From an uncultured Chlorobiaceae bacterium (GTDB lineage Bacteria; Bacteroidota; Chlorobiia; Chlorobiales; Chlorobiaceae): DNA of 64,000 nucleotides. The stretch is taken from positions 2,518-66,517 of the forward strand of contig CAIMCD010000042.1 of the NCBI GenBank assembly GCA_903839405.1, given 5' to 3'. Of this stretch, positions 12,500-22,423 are shown piece after piece. The notes under the pieces are model-generated. The model worked only from the letters and a program-made list of their open reading frames with translations. It was not told the origin of the DNA and did not search any database. A program made the translations under genes and the position numbers. The first letter of the stretch is position 1; the number at the start of each line of letters is the position of its first letter.

Positions 12500-13000
12500 A
12501 TGCCCGATACCCAGCAGCAACTGCCGAAAAAGTCCAGCGACCGAACCGCGCAGGCCGAGAGCCTCTTCAAGTCCTACATGAAGGAGCAGCAGTTCCGTTG
12601 CACCACGGAGCGCATCGCCGTCTTGCGCGAGGTCTACCGCTCCAATACCCACCTTGATGCCGATGAAATCTTTATCCAGCTCAAAAAAAAGAAGATCGGC
12701 ATTTCACGCGCCACGGTCTATCACACGCTCGACCTGCTCTTTAAATTCCATCTGGTCACCAAAATTGATCTTGGCCACAAGCATACCCATTATGAAAAAT
12801 CGCACGGCGTAGCCAACCACCTCCATGTGATTTGTGAGCAGTGCGGCAAGGTTGTTGAAATCCGCAACAACGAACTAGCCAACATGCTCGAAACGCTCTG
12901 CAAGGAGAACGGTTTTGAGCTGGGCAGCTTCAGCCTGCAGCTCTTTGGCAGCTGCATTGGCGAAGAGGGAGAAAAAAAGTGCACCGAAAAACCCGCCTGA
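12500..13000 (+). CDS. fur: Fur-family transcriptional regulator
   Basis: R.T.ER..VL, ATVYHTLDLL and HLHVICEQCG motifs; start placed at MPDTQQ (12500). The metal sensed cannot be assigned. Confidence 0.85.
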   Translation: MPDTQQQLPKKSSDRTAQAESLFKSYMKEQQFRCTTERIAVLREVYRSNTHLDADEIFIQLKKKKIGISRATVYHTLDLLFKFHLVTKIDLGHKHTHYEKSHGVANHLHVICEQCGKVVEIRNNELANMLETLCKENGFELGSFSLQLFGSCIGEEGEKKCTEKPA

Positions 13001-13033
13001 CAACCCCGACGAACTGAAGAGGGCCTGAAGCCG

Positions 13034-15208
13034 TTACGCCTTGTTTGAAGGCTTGGGCTTTTTGGGTTTGTAAACTTTTTCAAGAATTTTGCCGATACCC
13101 TCCAGCTTGATCATGCTTTTCTTCTCCGGTTGAAGCGGAGTATCCTCGCAGGTATCGTCAGGTATGCCGCTCTGAACCGGAAAAACAAGAATAAAGCTGT
13201 TGTTCTGGAAGTAGCGATTCAGGTATGAGGGAATCCTTGACATTTTATGGTGATAGGAGATGTGGTTCTTGCGACTCATCACAATAATGAGGTTGTCGTC
13301 ATTTTTTATCACCCTTGAGAGCGCCAGAAAATCATCCCAATCCTTGAACACCTTGTACTCAATATTGGCGATGGTGGTAAAATAACTCTCCTGCAGATGG
13401 GTGAGGGTCTGAACCGCAGCATAGAGCACAAGGCGGGAACCGGTGTTACGCACAATATTGAGCAACTTCGGCATCCAGAGGGTAAAGCCAATCTCGTTTT
13501 CCGCACCGGCCGGAATCACCACAATGGTTCGCCGTATGGTCACCAGCGGCTGGGCAGCCTTGTAGATAAAGGTTGTCACATTGCATCGGCCAAGAATGCT
13601 CTCCGATGTATTGCTGAGAAGACTCTCCGTGAGGTCGCTCTTGTGATGGAGACCCAAAATCAGGTCGGTGATTTTCTGCTCACGGATAACACCGGCAATG
13701 CCGTTCACCAGGCTGGTGTCATAACGAAGCAGGCCGGTCAGTTTGACATCGGTTGAGGATGCCGCGACTTCAGCTCTTTCAAGCAGTTTGCGCGAACTCT
13801 TCTCGGCCGATTCATCGCTCATGCTGTTATCGGCAACATGCATGGCGTAAATGCCGTTGCGGCTTGCGCGGGATTTCAGGGTAACACTCAAGCTCACCAG
13901 CTCGTCAACCGTCTGAATGTTGTTCATCGAAATCAGGATACGCTCTTCCGTGGCAGGAACTCCGGTTACGGGAAGCTCATCCAGAGCTTCACCGAGTGCA
14001 ATATTCTGCGCCCCCTTCTGCCCCACAACCGTGGCCAAAGTACAGGTAACCAGAATAAAGAGAATGGTGCCATTCAGCACACTCTCATCCAGCAGCCGGA
14101 CAGGTAGACCTTCAAGTGTTTTGCCCACAATGGTGTTATAACCAATCAGCACCGTGGCAAGGGCTACGGCGGCGTGGGCACTGATCAGGCCAAAAATGAG
14201 CCGACGCTGGTCAATGCAGAAGCCGAATATTTTCTGCGTTATCCAGGCCGAGAGATATTTGGCCGCTGTAGCGGCAAAGGTAATAACCAGCGCAACTTTC
14301 AGGGTCTCATAATCCTTGAAAAAAGCCTGAATATCGATCAGCATACCAACACCGATCAGAAAAAAGGGGATGAAAATGGCATTGCCCACAAAGCGGATCC
14401 GGTTCATGAGCGGTGAGGTGTGCGGAATCAACTGGTTGAGGGCCAGACCACCGAGAAAGGCTCCGATAATGGCCTCAACGCCGGCAGCTTCGGCAAGAAA
14501 TCCGCTGAAAAAGACCAGCGCCAACACAAAGAGGTACTGCAGAACGCTGTCATCAAAGCGCTTGAAAAACCAGCGGGCAATCAGCGGAAAGAGCAGCAGC
14601 ACAACCAAACTGAAAAGCGTGATACCAATCACAAGCCTCAGCCAGAACGCACTCGTCAGCTCTCCGGTCGAGATTCCGGCCACAACCGCCAGCACAAGCA
14701 GGGCAAGAGTGTCGGTAATAATGGTGCCGCCAATGGCAATCGTGACCGCCTTGTTCTTTGCAATGCCAAGCTTGCTGACAACCGGGTAGATAATCAGGGT
14801 GTGGGAGGCAAAGATACTGCCGATAAGAATGGAGGAGAGCAACGAAAACTTCAGAATAAAAAGCGCGACAACAAGGCCTAACACAATGGAGATAAAAAAG
14901 GTATAGAGCCCGAAAAGAATACTGTTGCCGCTGTTTTTGCGAAAATCGGCCACATCGATCTCCAGCCCCGCAAGAAACATGATATAGAGCAGCCCCACGG
15001 TTCCGAACAAAATAATACTGCTGTCGCGAAGCATCAGATTCAAGCCGTGTGGCCCGATCACCGCTCCGGCCAGAATAAGGCTGATAAGGCTCGGGATTTT
15101 AAAACGACTGAGCAAAAGCGGGGCGAAAAGAATAATAAACAGTATCAGTGAAAACTGTAATACCGGATTTTTCAGAGGTAATGATTCAAAAAGGCTTATC
15201 AAAAGCAT
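13034..15208 (-). CDS. CPA2-family cation:proton antiporter with C-terminal USP-like domains
   Basis: About 12 hydrophobic helices; GLLYIMFLAGLE, TIITD and EAIIGAFLGG motifs; soluble C-terminal half. Start placed at MLLISL (15208). Confidence 0.88.
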   Translation of the reverse strand: MLLISLFESLPLKNPVLQFSLILFIILFAPLLLSRFKIPSLISLILAGAVIGPHGLNLMLRDSSIILFGTVGLLYIMFLAGLEIDVADFRKNSGNSILFGLYTFFISIVLGLVVALFILKFSLLSSILIGSIFASHTLIIYPVVSKLGIAKNKAVTIAIGGTIITDTLALLVLAVVAGISTGELTSAFWLRLVIGITLFSLVVLLLFPLIARWFFKRFDDSVLQYLFVLALVFFSGFLAEAAGVEAIIGAFLGGLALNQLIPHTSPLMNRIRFVGNAIFIPFFLIGVGMLIDIQAFFKDYETLKVALVITFAATAAKYLSAWITQKIFGFCIDQRRLIFGLISAHAAVALATVLIGYNTIVGKTLEGLPVRLLDESVLNGTILFILVTCTLATVVGQKGAQNIALGEALDELPVTGVPATEERILISMNNIQTVDELVSLSVTLKSRASRNGIYAMHVADNSMSDESAEKSSRKLLERAEVAASSTDVKLTGLLRYDTSLVNGIAGVIREQKITDLILGLHHKSDLTESLLSNTSESILGRCNVTTFIYKAAQPLVTIRRTIVVIPAGAENEIGFTLWMPKLLNIVRNTGSRLVLYAAVQTLTHLQESYFTTIANIEYKVFKDWDDFLALSRVIKNDDNLIIVMSRKNHISYHHKMSRIPSYLNRYFQNNSFILVFPVQSGIPDDTCEDTPLQPEKKSMIKLEGIGKILEKVYKPKKPKPSNKA

Positions 15209-15526
15209 GGTTGCTACAATCCAAAAGTTAATCACGAATCCCTGCAGCCTCACTTTGTCAGCCGAATCGGAACATATCAGTTGTCATGCGGAAGCTGAAA
15301 ACTCTTCAGGAAAGGCCCTGAAGCCACACTGAGCGCTTGAAAAAAAGATCGCTCAAAAGAAAACCTGTTAAGCATAAAAAGCCGTATCACTCTTTTTTTC
15401 TTTTGATTGAAGCCAAAATCCCATAAGAAATATGCATATCTTTTGCCTTGAACACAAACTGCCTGATGGGGAGAAACCACTCCGGGGAGGTACAGAATAC
15501 CCGAAATAACAAAAGCATAACCTATA

Positions 15527-15853
15527 ATGCACTGGCTCTATCTGATCGCTGCAATCCTCCTGGAGATCTCGGGCACTACCTGCATGAAAATCTCCGACGG
15601 ATTCAGCAAACTGCTTCCAACGCTTTTTATTTTTCTTTTTTACGGTCTGAGCTTTACCTTTCTCTCGCTGGCGCTCAGGGTACTACCCATCGCCATGACC
15701 TATGCCATCTGGTCGGCCGTCGGCACAGCGGCGATCACCTTCATCGGGGTCATCTGGTTCGGTGAAGGGATCAACACCATCAAGCTCATCTCCCTGCTGC
15801 TGATTATTATTGGCGTTGCAGGGTTGCATTTCAGTCAGGAACAGGTTCACTAA
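15527..15853 (+). CDS. SMR (small multidrug resistance) transporter, Qac-like subtype
   Basis: 108 aa, four TM helices; membrane Glu in LLEISGTTCMK; YAIWSAVG motif. Confidence 0.9.
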   Translation: MHWLYLIAAILLEISGTTCMKISDGFSKLLPTLFIFLFYGLSFTFLSLALRVLPIAMTYAIWSAVGTAAITFIGVIWFGEGINTIKLISLLLIIIGVAGLHFSQEQVH

Positions 15854-15858
15854 GCGTC

Positions 15859-16944
15859 ATGAAGCATCTACATCCGATCTATAAAAAAATTGTCGTAAAA
15901 GTCGGCACCAACGTCATTACCGGTAAAAACGGAGAGCTAGATCTTGAAATTCTCTCCCAACTCACCACCCAGATAGCCACGTTGCAGCTTAACGGGATTC
16001 AGGTTATTCTGGTCTCATCGGGTGCGGTCGGGGCTGGCCGTTCGGTGGTCAAACCCTGCGGTACCCTCTCGCCTGTGGCCGCACGCCAGGTACTGGCCTC
16101 AACCGGGCAGATCAAGCTGATCAGCACCTACAGCGACCTCTTTCTGCAGCACAATCTGATTACCGCCCAGATCCTGGTCACCAAGGGAGATTTTCGTGAC
16201 CGGCAGCACTATCTCAACATGCAGACCTGCTTCAGCTCCCTGCTGCAGCAGAATATCATCCCCGTCGTCAATGAAAACGATGCCGTGTCGGTGACTGAGC
16301 TGATGTTTACCGACAACGATGAGCTCTCGGGCCTTATTGCATCAATGATGGATGTTGACGGCTATGTCATCCTCTCGCATGTTGATGGTCTGTTTGATTT
16401 TACCGCCGGAAAGGGGGCCATCATCAGGGAGATCGACCCCTCCACAAAGCACTTCCACCAATATATCAATCCGGGCAAATCCGATTTCGGCCGCGGCGGC
16501 ATGCTGACCAAGTGCCACATCGCGCAAAAGCTCTCGCAGCTTGGCATTACCGTCCATATCGCCAACGGACGCACCCCCGATATTCTGCTCTCGATTCTTG
16601 CGGGAGAGAGCATCGGCACGAAATTCCTGCCGCAAAAACCAACCCACGGCCCCAAGCGGTGGATTGCCAACAGCGAAGGGCTTGAAAAAGGGGCGGTCAC
16701 CATCAACAAGGGCGCTGAAGAGGCACTGGTGGCTGGCGAACGGGCCAACAGCCTCCTTCCGGTCGGCATTGAATCGATCGAAGGACGCTTCCTCAAGGGA
16801 GACATTATCAAGGTCTGCTCAACGGATGGCGCCGTGATCGGCTACGGCATGGCTCAATACAGCTCGGAAAAAACCCTTTCGGTCATGGGCCAGCAAGACC
16901 AGAAGCCCCTTATCCACTACGACTATCTCTACATAACTCCCTGA
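15859..16944 (+). CDS. proB: Glutamate 5-kinase with PUA domain
   Basis: [25 protein letters not shown] and GGMLTK motifs. Confidence 0.97.
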   Translation: MKHLHPIYKKIVVKVGTNVITGKNGELDLEILSQLTTQIATLQLNGIQVILVSSGAVGAGRSVVKPCGTLSPVAARQVLASTGQIKLISTYSDLFLQHNLITAQILVTKGDFRDRQHYLNMQTCFSSLLQQNIIPVVNENDAVSVTELMFTDNDELSGLIASMMDVDGYVILSHVDGLFDFTAGKGAIIREIDPSTKHFHQYINPGKSDFGRGGMLTKCHIAQKLSQLGITVHIANGRTPDILLSILAGESIGTKFLPQKPTHGPKRWIANSEGLEKGAVTINKGAEEALVAGERANSLLPVGIESIEGRFLKGDIIKVCSTDGAVIGYGMAQYSSEKTLSVMGQQDQKPLIHYDYLYITP

Positions 16945-16951
16945 TACCGCC

Positions 16952-18220
16952 ATGAGAACCACCATGCAGGACGACATCACCCTTCAACTCAAAGCTGTAC
17001 AGCAGGCCAGCCGGGAGATCATCACCCTCACGGACGAAGCCATCAACTCCCTGCTGCTCGACCTTGCCCGGAAAATACCCGATCACGAGGAGGCTATTCT
17101 TGAGGCCAACCAGAAGGATCTCGACCGGATGGATCCAGCCGATCCCATGTTCGACCGACTGCTCCTCAACCCGGCACGACTTCAAGCCATCGCCGGCGAC
17201 ATCCGCAATGTGGCTTCACTCCCCTCTCCGCTTGAGCGGCTGCTCGAAGAGCGCACCCTTGCGAACGGTCTCGGCCTGAAAAAGGTGACCGTACCGATCG
17301 GCGTTATCGGCATTATCTACGAAGCACGGCCCAATGTTACCTTTGACGTCTTTGCGCTCTGCCTGAAATCCGGCAATGCCACGGTGCTGAAGGGTGGAAG
17401 TGACGCCATGCATTCAAATATCGCGATTGCCGAACTGATCCACACGGTGCTCAAGGAGCGCGGCATCAACCCCGACACCCTCTACCTGCTCCCTGCGGAA
17501 CGGGAAGCGGCGGCCGTGATGCTCAATGCGGTCGGATATATCGACATGATCATTCCCCGTGGCAGCCAGAAACTGATCGACTTTGTGCGCAACAACGCCA
17601 AGGTTCCGGTTATTGAAACCGGTGCAGGCATTGTGCACACCTATTTCGACAAAAGCGGTGAACTGGAGCTTGGCAAGCCTATCATTTTCAACGCCAAAAC
17701 CCGCCGTCCAAGCGTCTGCAACGCCCTCGACACCCTGGTGATCCATCACGACCGCCTCAGCGACCTTGCGGCTCTGGTTGAGCCCCTGCAGGAGAAGCAG
17801 GTGGTGCTCTTTGCCGATGCAGCAGCCTTTGAGGCACTCAAGGGCTCCTACCCGGAATCGCTGCTCAACCGGGCAGAGCCGGAACATTTCGGCACCGAGT
17901 TCCTTTCGCTGAAGATGTCGGTTAAAACCGTTGCATCTCTTGATGAAGCGCTCGAGCATATTGCCCGCTACAGCTCCCGCCACAGTGAAGCTATCATTGC
18001 CTCCGATCCTGAAGCAACCGCCACATTCCTGAAACGGGTTGATGCCGCCGTGGTCTATGCCAACACCTCGACCGCGTTCACCGATGGGGCACAGTTCGGC
18101 CTTGGTGCCGAGATCGGCATCAGCACCCAGAAACTCCATGCACGAGGCCCGATGGCGCTCAACGAGCTGACCACCTACAAGTGGATTATTGAAGGTAACG
18201 GCCAGACCAGACCTGCATAA
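16952..18220 (+). CDS. proA: Gamma-glutamyl phosphate reductase
   Basis: [25 protein letters not shown] and [25 protein letters not shown] motifs. Confidence 0.98.
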   Translation: MRTTMQDDITLQLKAVQQASREIITLTDEAINSLLLDLARKIPDHEEAILEANQKDLDRMDPADPMFDRLLLNPARLQAIAGDIRNVASLPSPLERLLEERTLANGLGLKKVTVPIGVIGIIYEARPNVTFDVFALCLKSGNATVLKGGSDAMHSNIAIAELIHTVLKERGINPDTLYLLPAEREAAAVMLNAVGYIDMIIPRGSQKLIDFVRNNAKVPVIETGAGIVHTYFDKSGELELGKPIIFNAKTRRPSVCNALDTLVIHHDRLSDLAALVEPLQEKQVVLFADAAAFEALKGSYPESLLNRAEPEHFGTEFLSLKMSVKTVASLDEALEHIARYSSRHSEAIIASDPEATATFLKRVDAAVVYANTSTAFTDGAQFGLGAEIGISTQKLHARGPMALNELTTYKWIIEGNGQTRPA

Positions 18221-18221
18221 A

Positions 18222-18914
18222 ATGCTTGAAGCAAACAATATCAGTAAATCCTACACCCTTCCGGGGCGAGAGCCCCTGCCGATTTTGCGGGGAATCAACC
18301 TTTCGATTGGTGAGGGCGAGATGGTGACCATTATCGGCGCATCGGGCAGCGGCAAAACCACGCTGCTCAACCTGCTCGGCACCCTCGACACCCCCGACAG
18401 CGGTGAACTCCTTTTTGACGGCGAGGTGCTCTTCCGGAATAAAAAGCAGATCCTCTCCCAGAAAGAGATGGCAAAATTCCGGAATCGGAAAATAGGCTTT
18501 GTCTTTCAGTTCCACCACCTCCTCTCGGACTTCACCGCCCTTGAAAATGTAGCCATGCCGGAATTTATTGCCACCGGCAAACTCCCGCCCGCAAAAAAAC
18601 GGGCCGCCGAGCTGCTTGCCGGCCTCGGCCTCAAGGAGCGGCTCGACCACCTTCCTTCTGAACTCTCCGGCGGCGAACAACAGCGGGTCGCCATTGCCCG
18701 CGCCCTCTTGAACAACCCCAAGCTTGTGCTCGCCGATGAACCAAGCGGCAACCTCGACAGCCAGAACAGCCGGATGCTCTACGAGCTGATGGCCCGCCTC
18801 TCGAAAGAGCGCCGCACCTCATTTATCATCGTCACCCACAACGAAGAGTACGCCACCCTCTCCGACCGCTGCCTCCGCATGGCGGACGGGCAGTTACATG
18901 CCTGCGGGGGGTGA
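18222..18914 (+). CDS. lolD: ABC transporter ATP-binding protein, LolD-like
   Basis: [41 protein letters not shown] and VTHN motifs; start placed at MLEANN right after the proA stop. Confidence 0.85.
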   Translation: MLEANNISKSYTLPGREPLPILRGINLSIGEGEMVTIIGASGSGKTTLLNLLGTLDTPDSGELLFDGEVLFRNKKQILSQKEMAKFRNRKIGFVFQFHHLLSDFTALENVAMPEFIATGKLPPAKKRAAELLAGLGLKERLDHLPSELSGGEQQRVAIARALLNNPKLVLADEPSGNLDSQNSRMLYELMARLSKERRTSFIIVTHNEEYATLSDRCLRMADGQLHACGG

Positions 18915-18953
18915 AGAGCATGGAGACTCTACAACCATCAGAAAAAAATACAA

Positions 18954-18996
18954 CAGTAACTCCTCTGCCTGCACTGAGCAAAAAGAGGGGTTACTG
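18954..18996 (+). terminator. Hairpin, probable terminator after lolD
   Basis: CAGTAACTCCTCT/AGAGGGGTTACTG 13-bp stem (one G-U pair) followed by a T-rich tract. Confidence 0.6.
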
Positions 18997-19081
18997 CATT
19001 TTATTACATACATTACATTAATTAGCGCAGCTTCTTCCATACCCTGTACCCCATAACCCGCTTTATCATCAAAGGAGAGTT

Positions 19082-20209
19082 ATGCAAAAAAAATTTCTTC
19101 TCTGCCTCTTGTGCCTGTGGCTGTTTTCCGGCTCAGTACAAGCCGTAACTCCTGAAGAAATTAAAAGCTGGCAGATTGCTGCTGACAAGGGAGATGCTAC
19201 TGCTCAATTCAATCTCGGGGTTAGCTACAATACAGGTCAAGGGGTTATACAAAACTATACCGAAGCAGTCAAATGGTATCGGCTGGCTGCTGAAAAAGGT
19301 TTGGCAGAGGCTCAGTTCAATCTCGGGGTCATGTACGAGAAGGGAGAAGGGGTTACTCAAAATTTTGCCGAAGCGCTCAGATGGTATCGCCCCGCCGCTG
19401 ATCAGGGTTATGCAAAGGCTCAGTTTAATCTCGGGTTCATGTACACGAAGGGACGAGGGGTTGCTCAAAACTTTGCCGAAGCGGTCAGATGGTATCGTCT
19501 CGCCGCTGACAAGGGTTTGGCAGAGGCTCAGAGCAATCTCGGGTTCATGTACATGGAAGGTATAGGGGTAAGACAAAACTATACTGAAGCGCTTAAGTGG
19601 TTTCGGCTGGCTGCTGATCAGGGTTATGCTTTTGGTCAGAATTATCTTGGAAGGATATACGAAAATGGTCAAGGGATAACACAAAACTTTGCCGAAGCAG
19701 TTAAATGGTATCGGCTTGCTGCCGATCAGGATTATGCTCCGGCTCAGTACAATCTCGGATTAATTTACCATTATGCTCAAGGGGTAACACAAAACTTTAC
19801 CGAAGCAGTTAAATGGTATCGACTTGCTGCCGATCAGGGTTATACTCTGGCTCAGTGCAATCTCGGGTTCATGTACGAGAAGGGAGAAGGGGTTACTCAA
19901 AATTTTGCCGAAGCGGTCAGATGGTATCGACTTGCTGCCGATCAGGGCTATACTCTGGCTCAGTGCAATCTCGGAGTCATGTACGCTCAAGGTCAAGGAG
20001 TAACACAAAATTATGCTGAAGCTGTCAGATGGTTTCGGCTGGCTGCTGATCAGGGGGATGCTCAGTCTCAGAACAATCTCGGGATCATGTATGAAAATGG
20101 CTTCAGCGTCACCAAAAGTAACCGTGAAGCTGTAAAGTGGTACCGCAAGGCGGCCGATCAGGGCTATGCCAAGGCGCAGAGTGCCTTGAAAAGATTAGGG
20201 AGTGGCTGA
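19082..20209 (+). CDS. Secreted Sel1-like repeat protein (signal peptide plus 9 x 36-aa repeats)
   Basis: Signal peptide MQKKFLLCLLCLWLFSGSVQA; repeats of AQxNLGxMYxxGxGVxQNxxEAVxWYRLAADQG; RBS AAGGAGAG. Confidence 0.95.
   Translation: MQKKFLLCLLCLWLFSGSVQAVTPEEIKSWQIAADKGDATAQFNLGVSYNTGQGVIQNYTEAVKWYRLAAEKGLAEAQFNLGVMYEKGEGVTQNFAEALRWYRPAADQGYAKAQFNLGFMYTKGRGVAQNFAEAVRWYRLAADKGLAEAQSNLGFMYMEGIGVRQNYTEALKWFRLAADQGYAFGQNYLGRIYENGQGITQNFAEAVKWYRLAADQDYAPAQYNLGLIYHYAQGVTQNFTEAVKWYRLAADQGYTLAQCNLGFMYEKGEGVTQNFAEAVRWYRLAADQGYTLAQCNLGVMYAQGQGVTQNYAEAVRWFRLAADQGDAQSQNNLGIMYENGFSVTKSNREAVKWYRKAADQGYAKAQSALKRLGSG
19196..20167 (+). repeat. Nine tandem 108-bp in-frame Sel1 repeat units
   Basis: Counted from the translation (38 + 9x36 + 13 = 375 aa); long near-identical DNA stretches are shared by units 2 and 7 and across the 6/7 and 7/8 junctions. 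Confidence 0.92.
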
Positions 20210-20286
20210 ACAAAACGCGAATCTCGGATCAGTGCCGAGTTAGAGGGGATAGAGTACCACACTGAGCTTCACGCTTGCTTTTACCG

Positions 20287-20317
20287 AAAAAGATAACTAT
20301 CATTGGTGGTTATCTTT
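20287..20317. promoter_or_regulatory. Inverted repeat over the predicted vapBC promoter; candidate VapBC operator
   Basis: AAAAGATAAC-N11-GTTATCTTTT perfect 10-bp arms enclosing TATCAT (-10-like), with TTGCTT 16 nt upstream. It could instead be the Sel1 gene terminator. Confidence 0.55.
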
Positions 20318-20342
20318 TTCGCGTTTTAACAAGGGAGAGTTT

Positions 20343-20576
20343 ATGGATACGGCTCGCATTTTTCCATCCGGGCGGAGCCAAGCCGTTCGATTGCCTAAGG
20401 AGTACCGGTTTCAGGGAAGCGATGTGCTTATCAAACATTTCGGTAATGGTGTTCTGCTTTTGCCGATTGATAACTCGTGGGCCATGCTTGAAGCGGCTCT
20501 GGAGGAGTTTGAACCGGGATTTCAATTGAAAAGAGAGCAGCCTCCGGAACAGATGCGCGAGGAGATCGGGTCGTGA
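20343..20576 (+). CDS. vapB: VapB antitoxin (AbrB/SpoVT-type DNA-binding domain)
   Basis: ARIFPSGRSQAVRLPKEYRF motif; 4-nt GTGA overlap with the toxin. Confidence 0.92.
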   Translation: MDTARIFPSGRSQAVRLPKEYRFQGSDVLIKHFGNGVLLLPIDNSWAMLEAALEEFEPGFQLKREQPPEQMREEIGS

Positions 20577-20974
20577 GCTACATCCTCGATACCAATATCT
20601 GCATCTACATCATCAATGCACGCCCTCCGCATGTGCTGGAGCGGTTCCGCCAGGAGTGCATCGGCAATATCGGCCTTTCAAGTATTACCGCTGCTGAGCT
20701 GGTATTTGGTGTTGTGAAAAGCGGTTCCGAAAAAAACCGGCGGGCGCTTGAAATGTTTTTTGCCCCCCTTGAACTCTTCCCTTTTGATGCCTCGGCTATC
20801 TGGCATTATGGCGAAATACGAGCCGATCTTGAAAAAAGAGGTGAACCGATCGGATCACTTGACACCATGATTGCAGCGCACACCAGGTCACTGAATGCCG
20901 TGCTGGTAACCAATAACACCAAAGAGTTCAATCGGGTAAACGGTTTGAAGGTGGAGAATTGGGCTGCCTTATAG
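20573..20974 (+). CDS. vapC: VapC PIN-domain toxin
   Basis: YILDTNICI, SSITAAEL, IGSLDTMIAAH and LVTNNTKEF PIN motifs. Confidence 0.93.
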   Translation: MSYILDTNICIYIINARPPHVLERFRQECIGNIGLSSITAAELVFGVVKSGSEKNRRALEMFFAPLELFPFDASAIWHYGEIRADLEKRGEPIGSLDTMIAAHTRSLNAVLVTNNTKEFNRVNGLKVENWAAL

Positions 20975-21058
20975 GGCTTCCCGACCTCTGCTATCAGAAT
21001 ATCACCCTCCGGGGCCTTATTGTCACAAGTCAAAAAAAGTCTATAACCTGCTGTAACC

Positions 21059-21973
21059 ATGAGTGTAGAAAAGATACAAAGTGCCGTCAGACCGGTTTCC
21101 AATAATGGGCACCATCCCTCCGAGGAGAGCCGCTATATTGATGTGAATGGTTTCAAGGTGCATTACCGGATGGCCGGCAGCGGAAAACCGCTGGTGGTGC
21201 TGCTGCATGGCAGTTTTTTAAGCCTCCGCTCCTGGCGCCTCGTGTTCGGCAAGCTGGCAAAAGAGGCAACCGTTGTAGCATTCGACCGCCCGGCGTTTGG
21301 TTTGACCTCTCGCCCCCGCCCGTCAAAAAAATCGGGGGTCAGTTACTCGCCTGAAGCCCAGAGCGACCTCGTCATAGCGCTGATCCATAAACTTGGCTTC
21401 AGCAAAGCCGTGCTGATTGGCAACTCCACCGGCGGTACCCTGGCCCTTCTGGCGGCGCTTCGCCACCCGAAACATGTTGAGGGGGTGGTGCTTCTGGACC
21501 CCATGATTTACAGCGGCTATGCCACGAGCGAAGTGCCCAGCTTCATGAAGCCCACCATGAAAGCCCTGAGCCCCATATTCTCTCGTGTGATGAAACTCCT
21601 GATCACCAGACTGTATGACCGCAATATTCGCGGTTTCTGGCACAAAAAGGAGCGGCTTCAGAGTGAGGTTCTGGCTGCGTTTCGCCGCGACCTGATGCAT
21701 GGCGATTGGTCGAGAGCCTTTTGGGAGCTTTTTCTTGAAACCCATCACCTCCAACTGGAGCACCGGCTGAAAACCATGCTGCTGCCCTCACTCGTCATTA
21801 CCGGTGAACACGATCTTACGGTCAAAACCGGGGAGACCATCCGCCTTGCCCGTGAACTTCCCAACGCCGAACTGGTGGTTGTTGCGGATTGCGGCCACCT
21901 GCCGCACGAAGAAAAGCCCGAAGCCGTTCTCACCGCCGTAAGGAAATTTTTGAAACTGGTTGCGGAGAGATAG
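21059..21973 (+). CDS. Alpha/beta-fold hydrolase
   Basis: LLHG, DRPAFGLT, GNSTGG (GxSxG nucleophile), TGEHD and GHLPHEE motifs. Confidence 0.9.
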   Translation: MSVEKIQSAVRPVSNNGHHPSEESRYIDVNGFKVHYRMAGSGKPLVVLLHGSFLSLRSWRLVFGKLAKEATVVAFDRPAFGLTSRPRPSKKSGVSYSPEAQSDLVIALIHKLGFSKAVLIGNSTGGTLALLAALRHPKHVEGVVLLDPMIYSGYATSEVPSFMKPTMKALSPIFSRVMKLLITRLYDRNIRGFWHKKERLQSEVLAAFRRDLMHGDWSRAFWELFLETHHLQLEHRLKTMLLPSLVITGEHDLTVKTGETIRLARELPNAELVVVADCGHLPHEEKPEAVLTAVRKFLKLVAER

Positions 21974-22193
21974 CAAGAGCGCGCAAGAGGCACGTTCTTA
22001 TCACTGCATTCTCATAATCAATCAAAAGAAAACAGAGAACATGCAACCCTTTGGCGGAACCGTGCAAAAAGAAGGTTAAAGTATTTTATTACGTACATTA
22101 CATTGATTATTTTCACTACCTGTTCCAGAAAGTGAACGAGAAAAAGTTCTCCATACCACACCCCATAACGGACTTCATCGCCAAAGGAGAGTT

Positions 22194-22353
22194 ATGCTGA
22201 AAAAATCCCATCTCTGCCTCTTGAGCTTGCTGCTGTTTTAGTAAAAGTCGTAACTTCTCAAGAAATGAGAACTTTGCGTCTTGCCGCTGATCAGGGAAAT
22301 GCGCTGGCTCAGAAAAATCTAGGAATCATGTATGAAAATGAGGAACGCGTAAC
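22194..22353 (+). pseudogene. Frameshifted, truncated paralogue of the Sel1-repeat gene at 19082
   Basis: MLKKSHLCLLSLLLF* aligns with MQKKFLLCLLCLWLF; a 7-bp deletion (CCGGCTC relative to 19128-19134) creates the TAG. The shifted frame continues VKVVTSQEMRTLRLAADQGNALAQKNLGIMYENEERVT, then homology stops. Confidence 0.85.
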
Positions 22354-22423
22354 TATAAAAGTTAGGGGCGTCTACACGCCTCTGCAAAAAAAGATGACTA
22401 CATAATTCACAAAGGAGAAGACT

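Noticed and set aside
15254-15526. Guanidine riboswitch upstream of the SMR gene
   Set aside because: No ACGR tandem hairpins or ykkC-I/III consensus seen, and the protein has Qac-type rather than Gdx-type helix-1 residues.
22347-22370. Integron attC-like core GTTAGGG (and GTTATAAGC at 42173-42181)
   Set aside because: No matching inverse core at a proper distance, no L boxes and no integron integrase; the upstream GCGTAAC is explained by the Sel1 reading frame.
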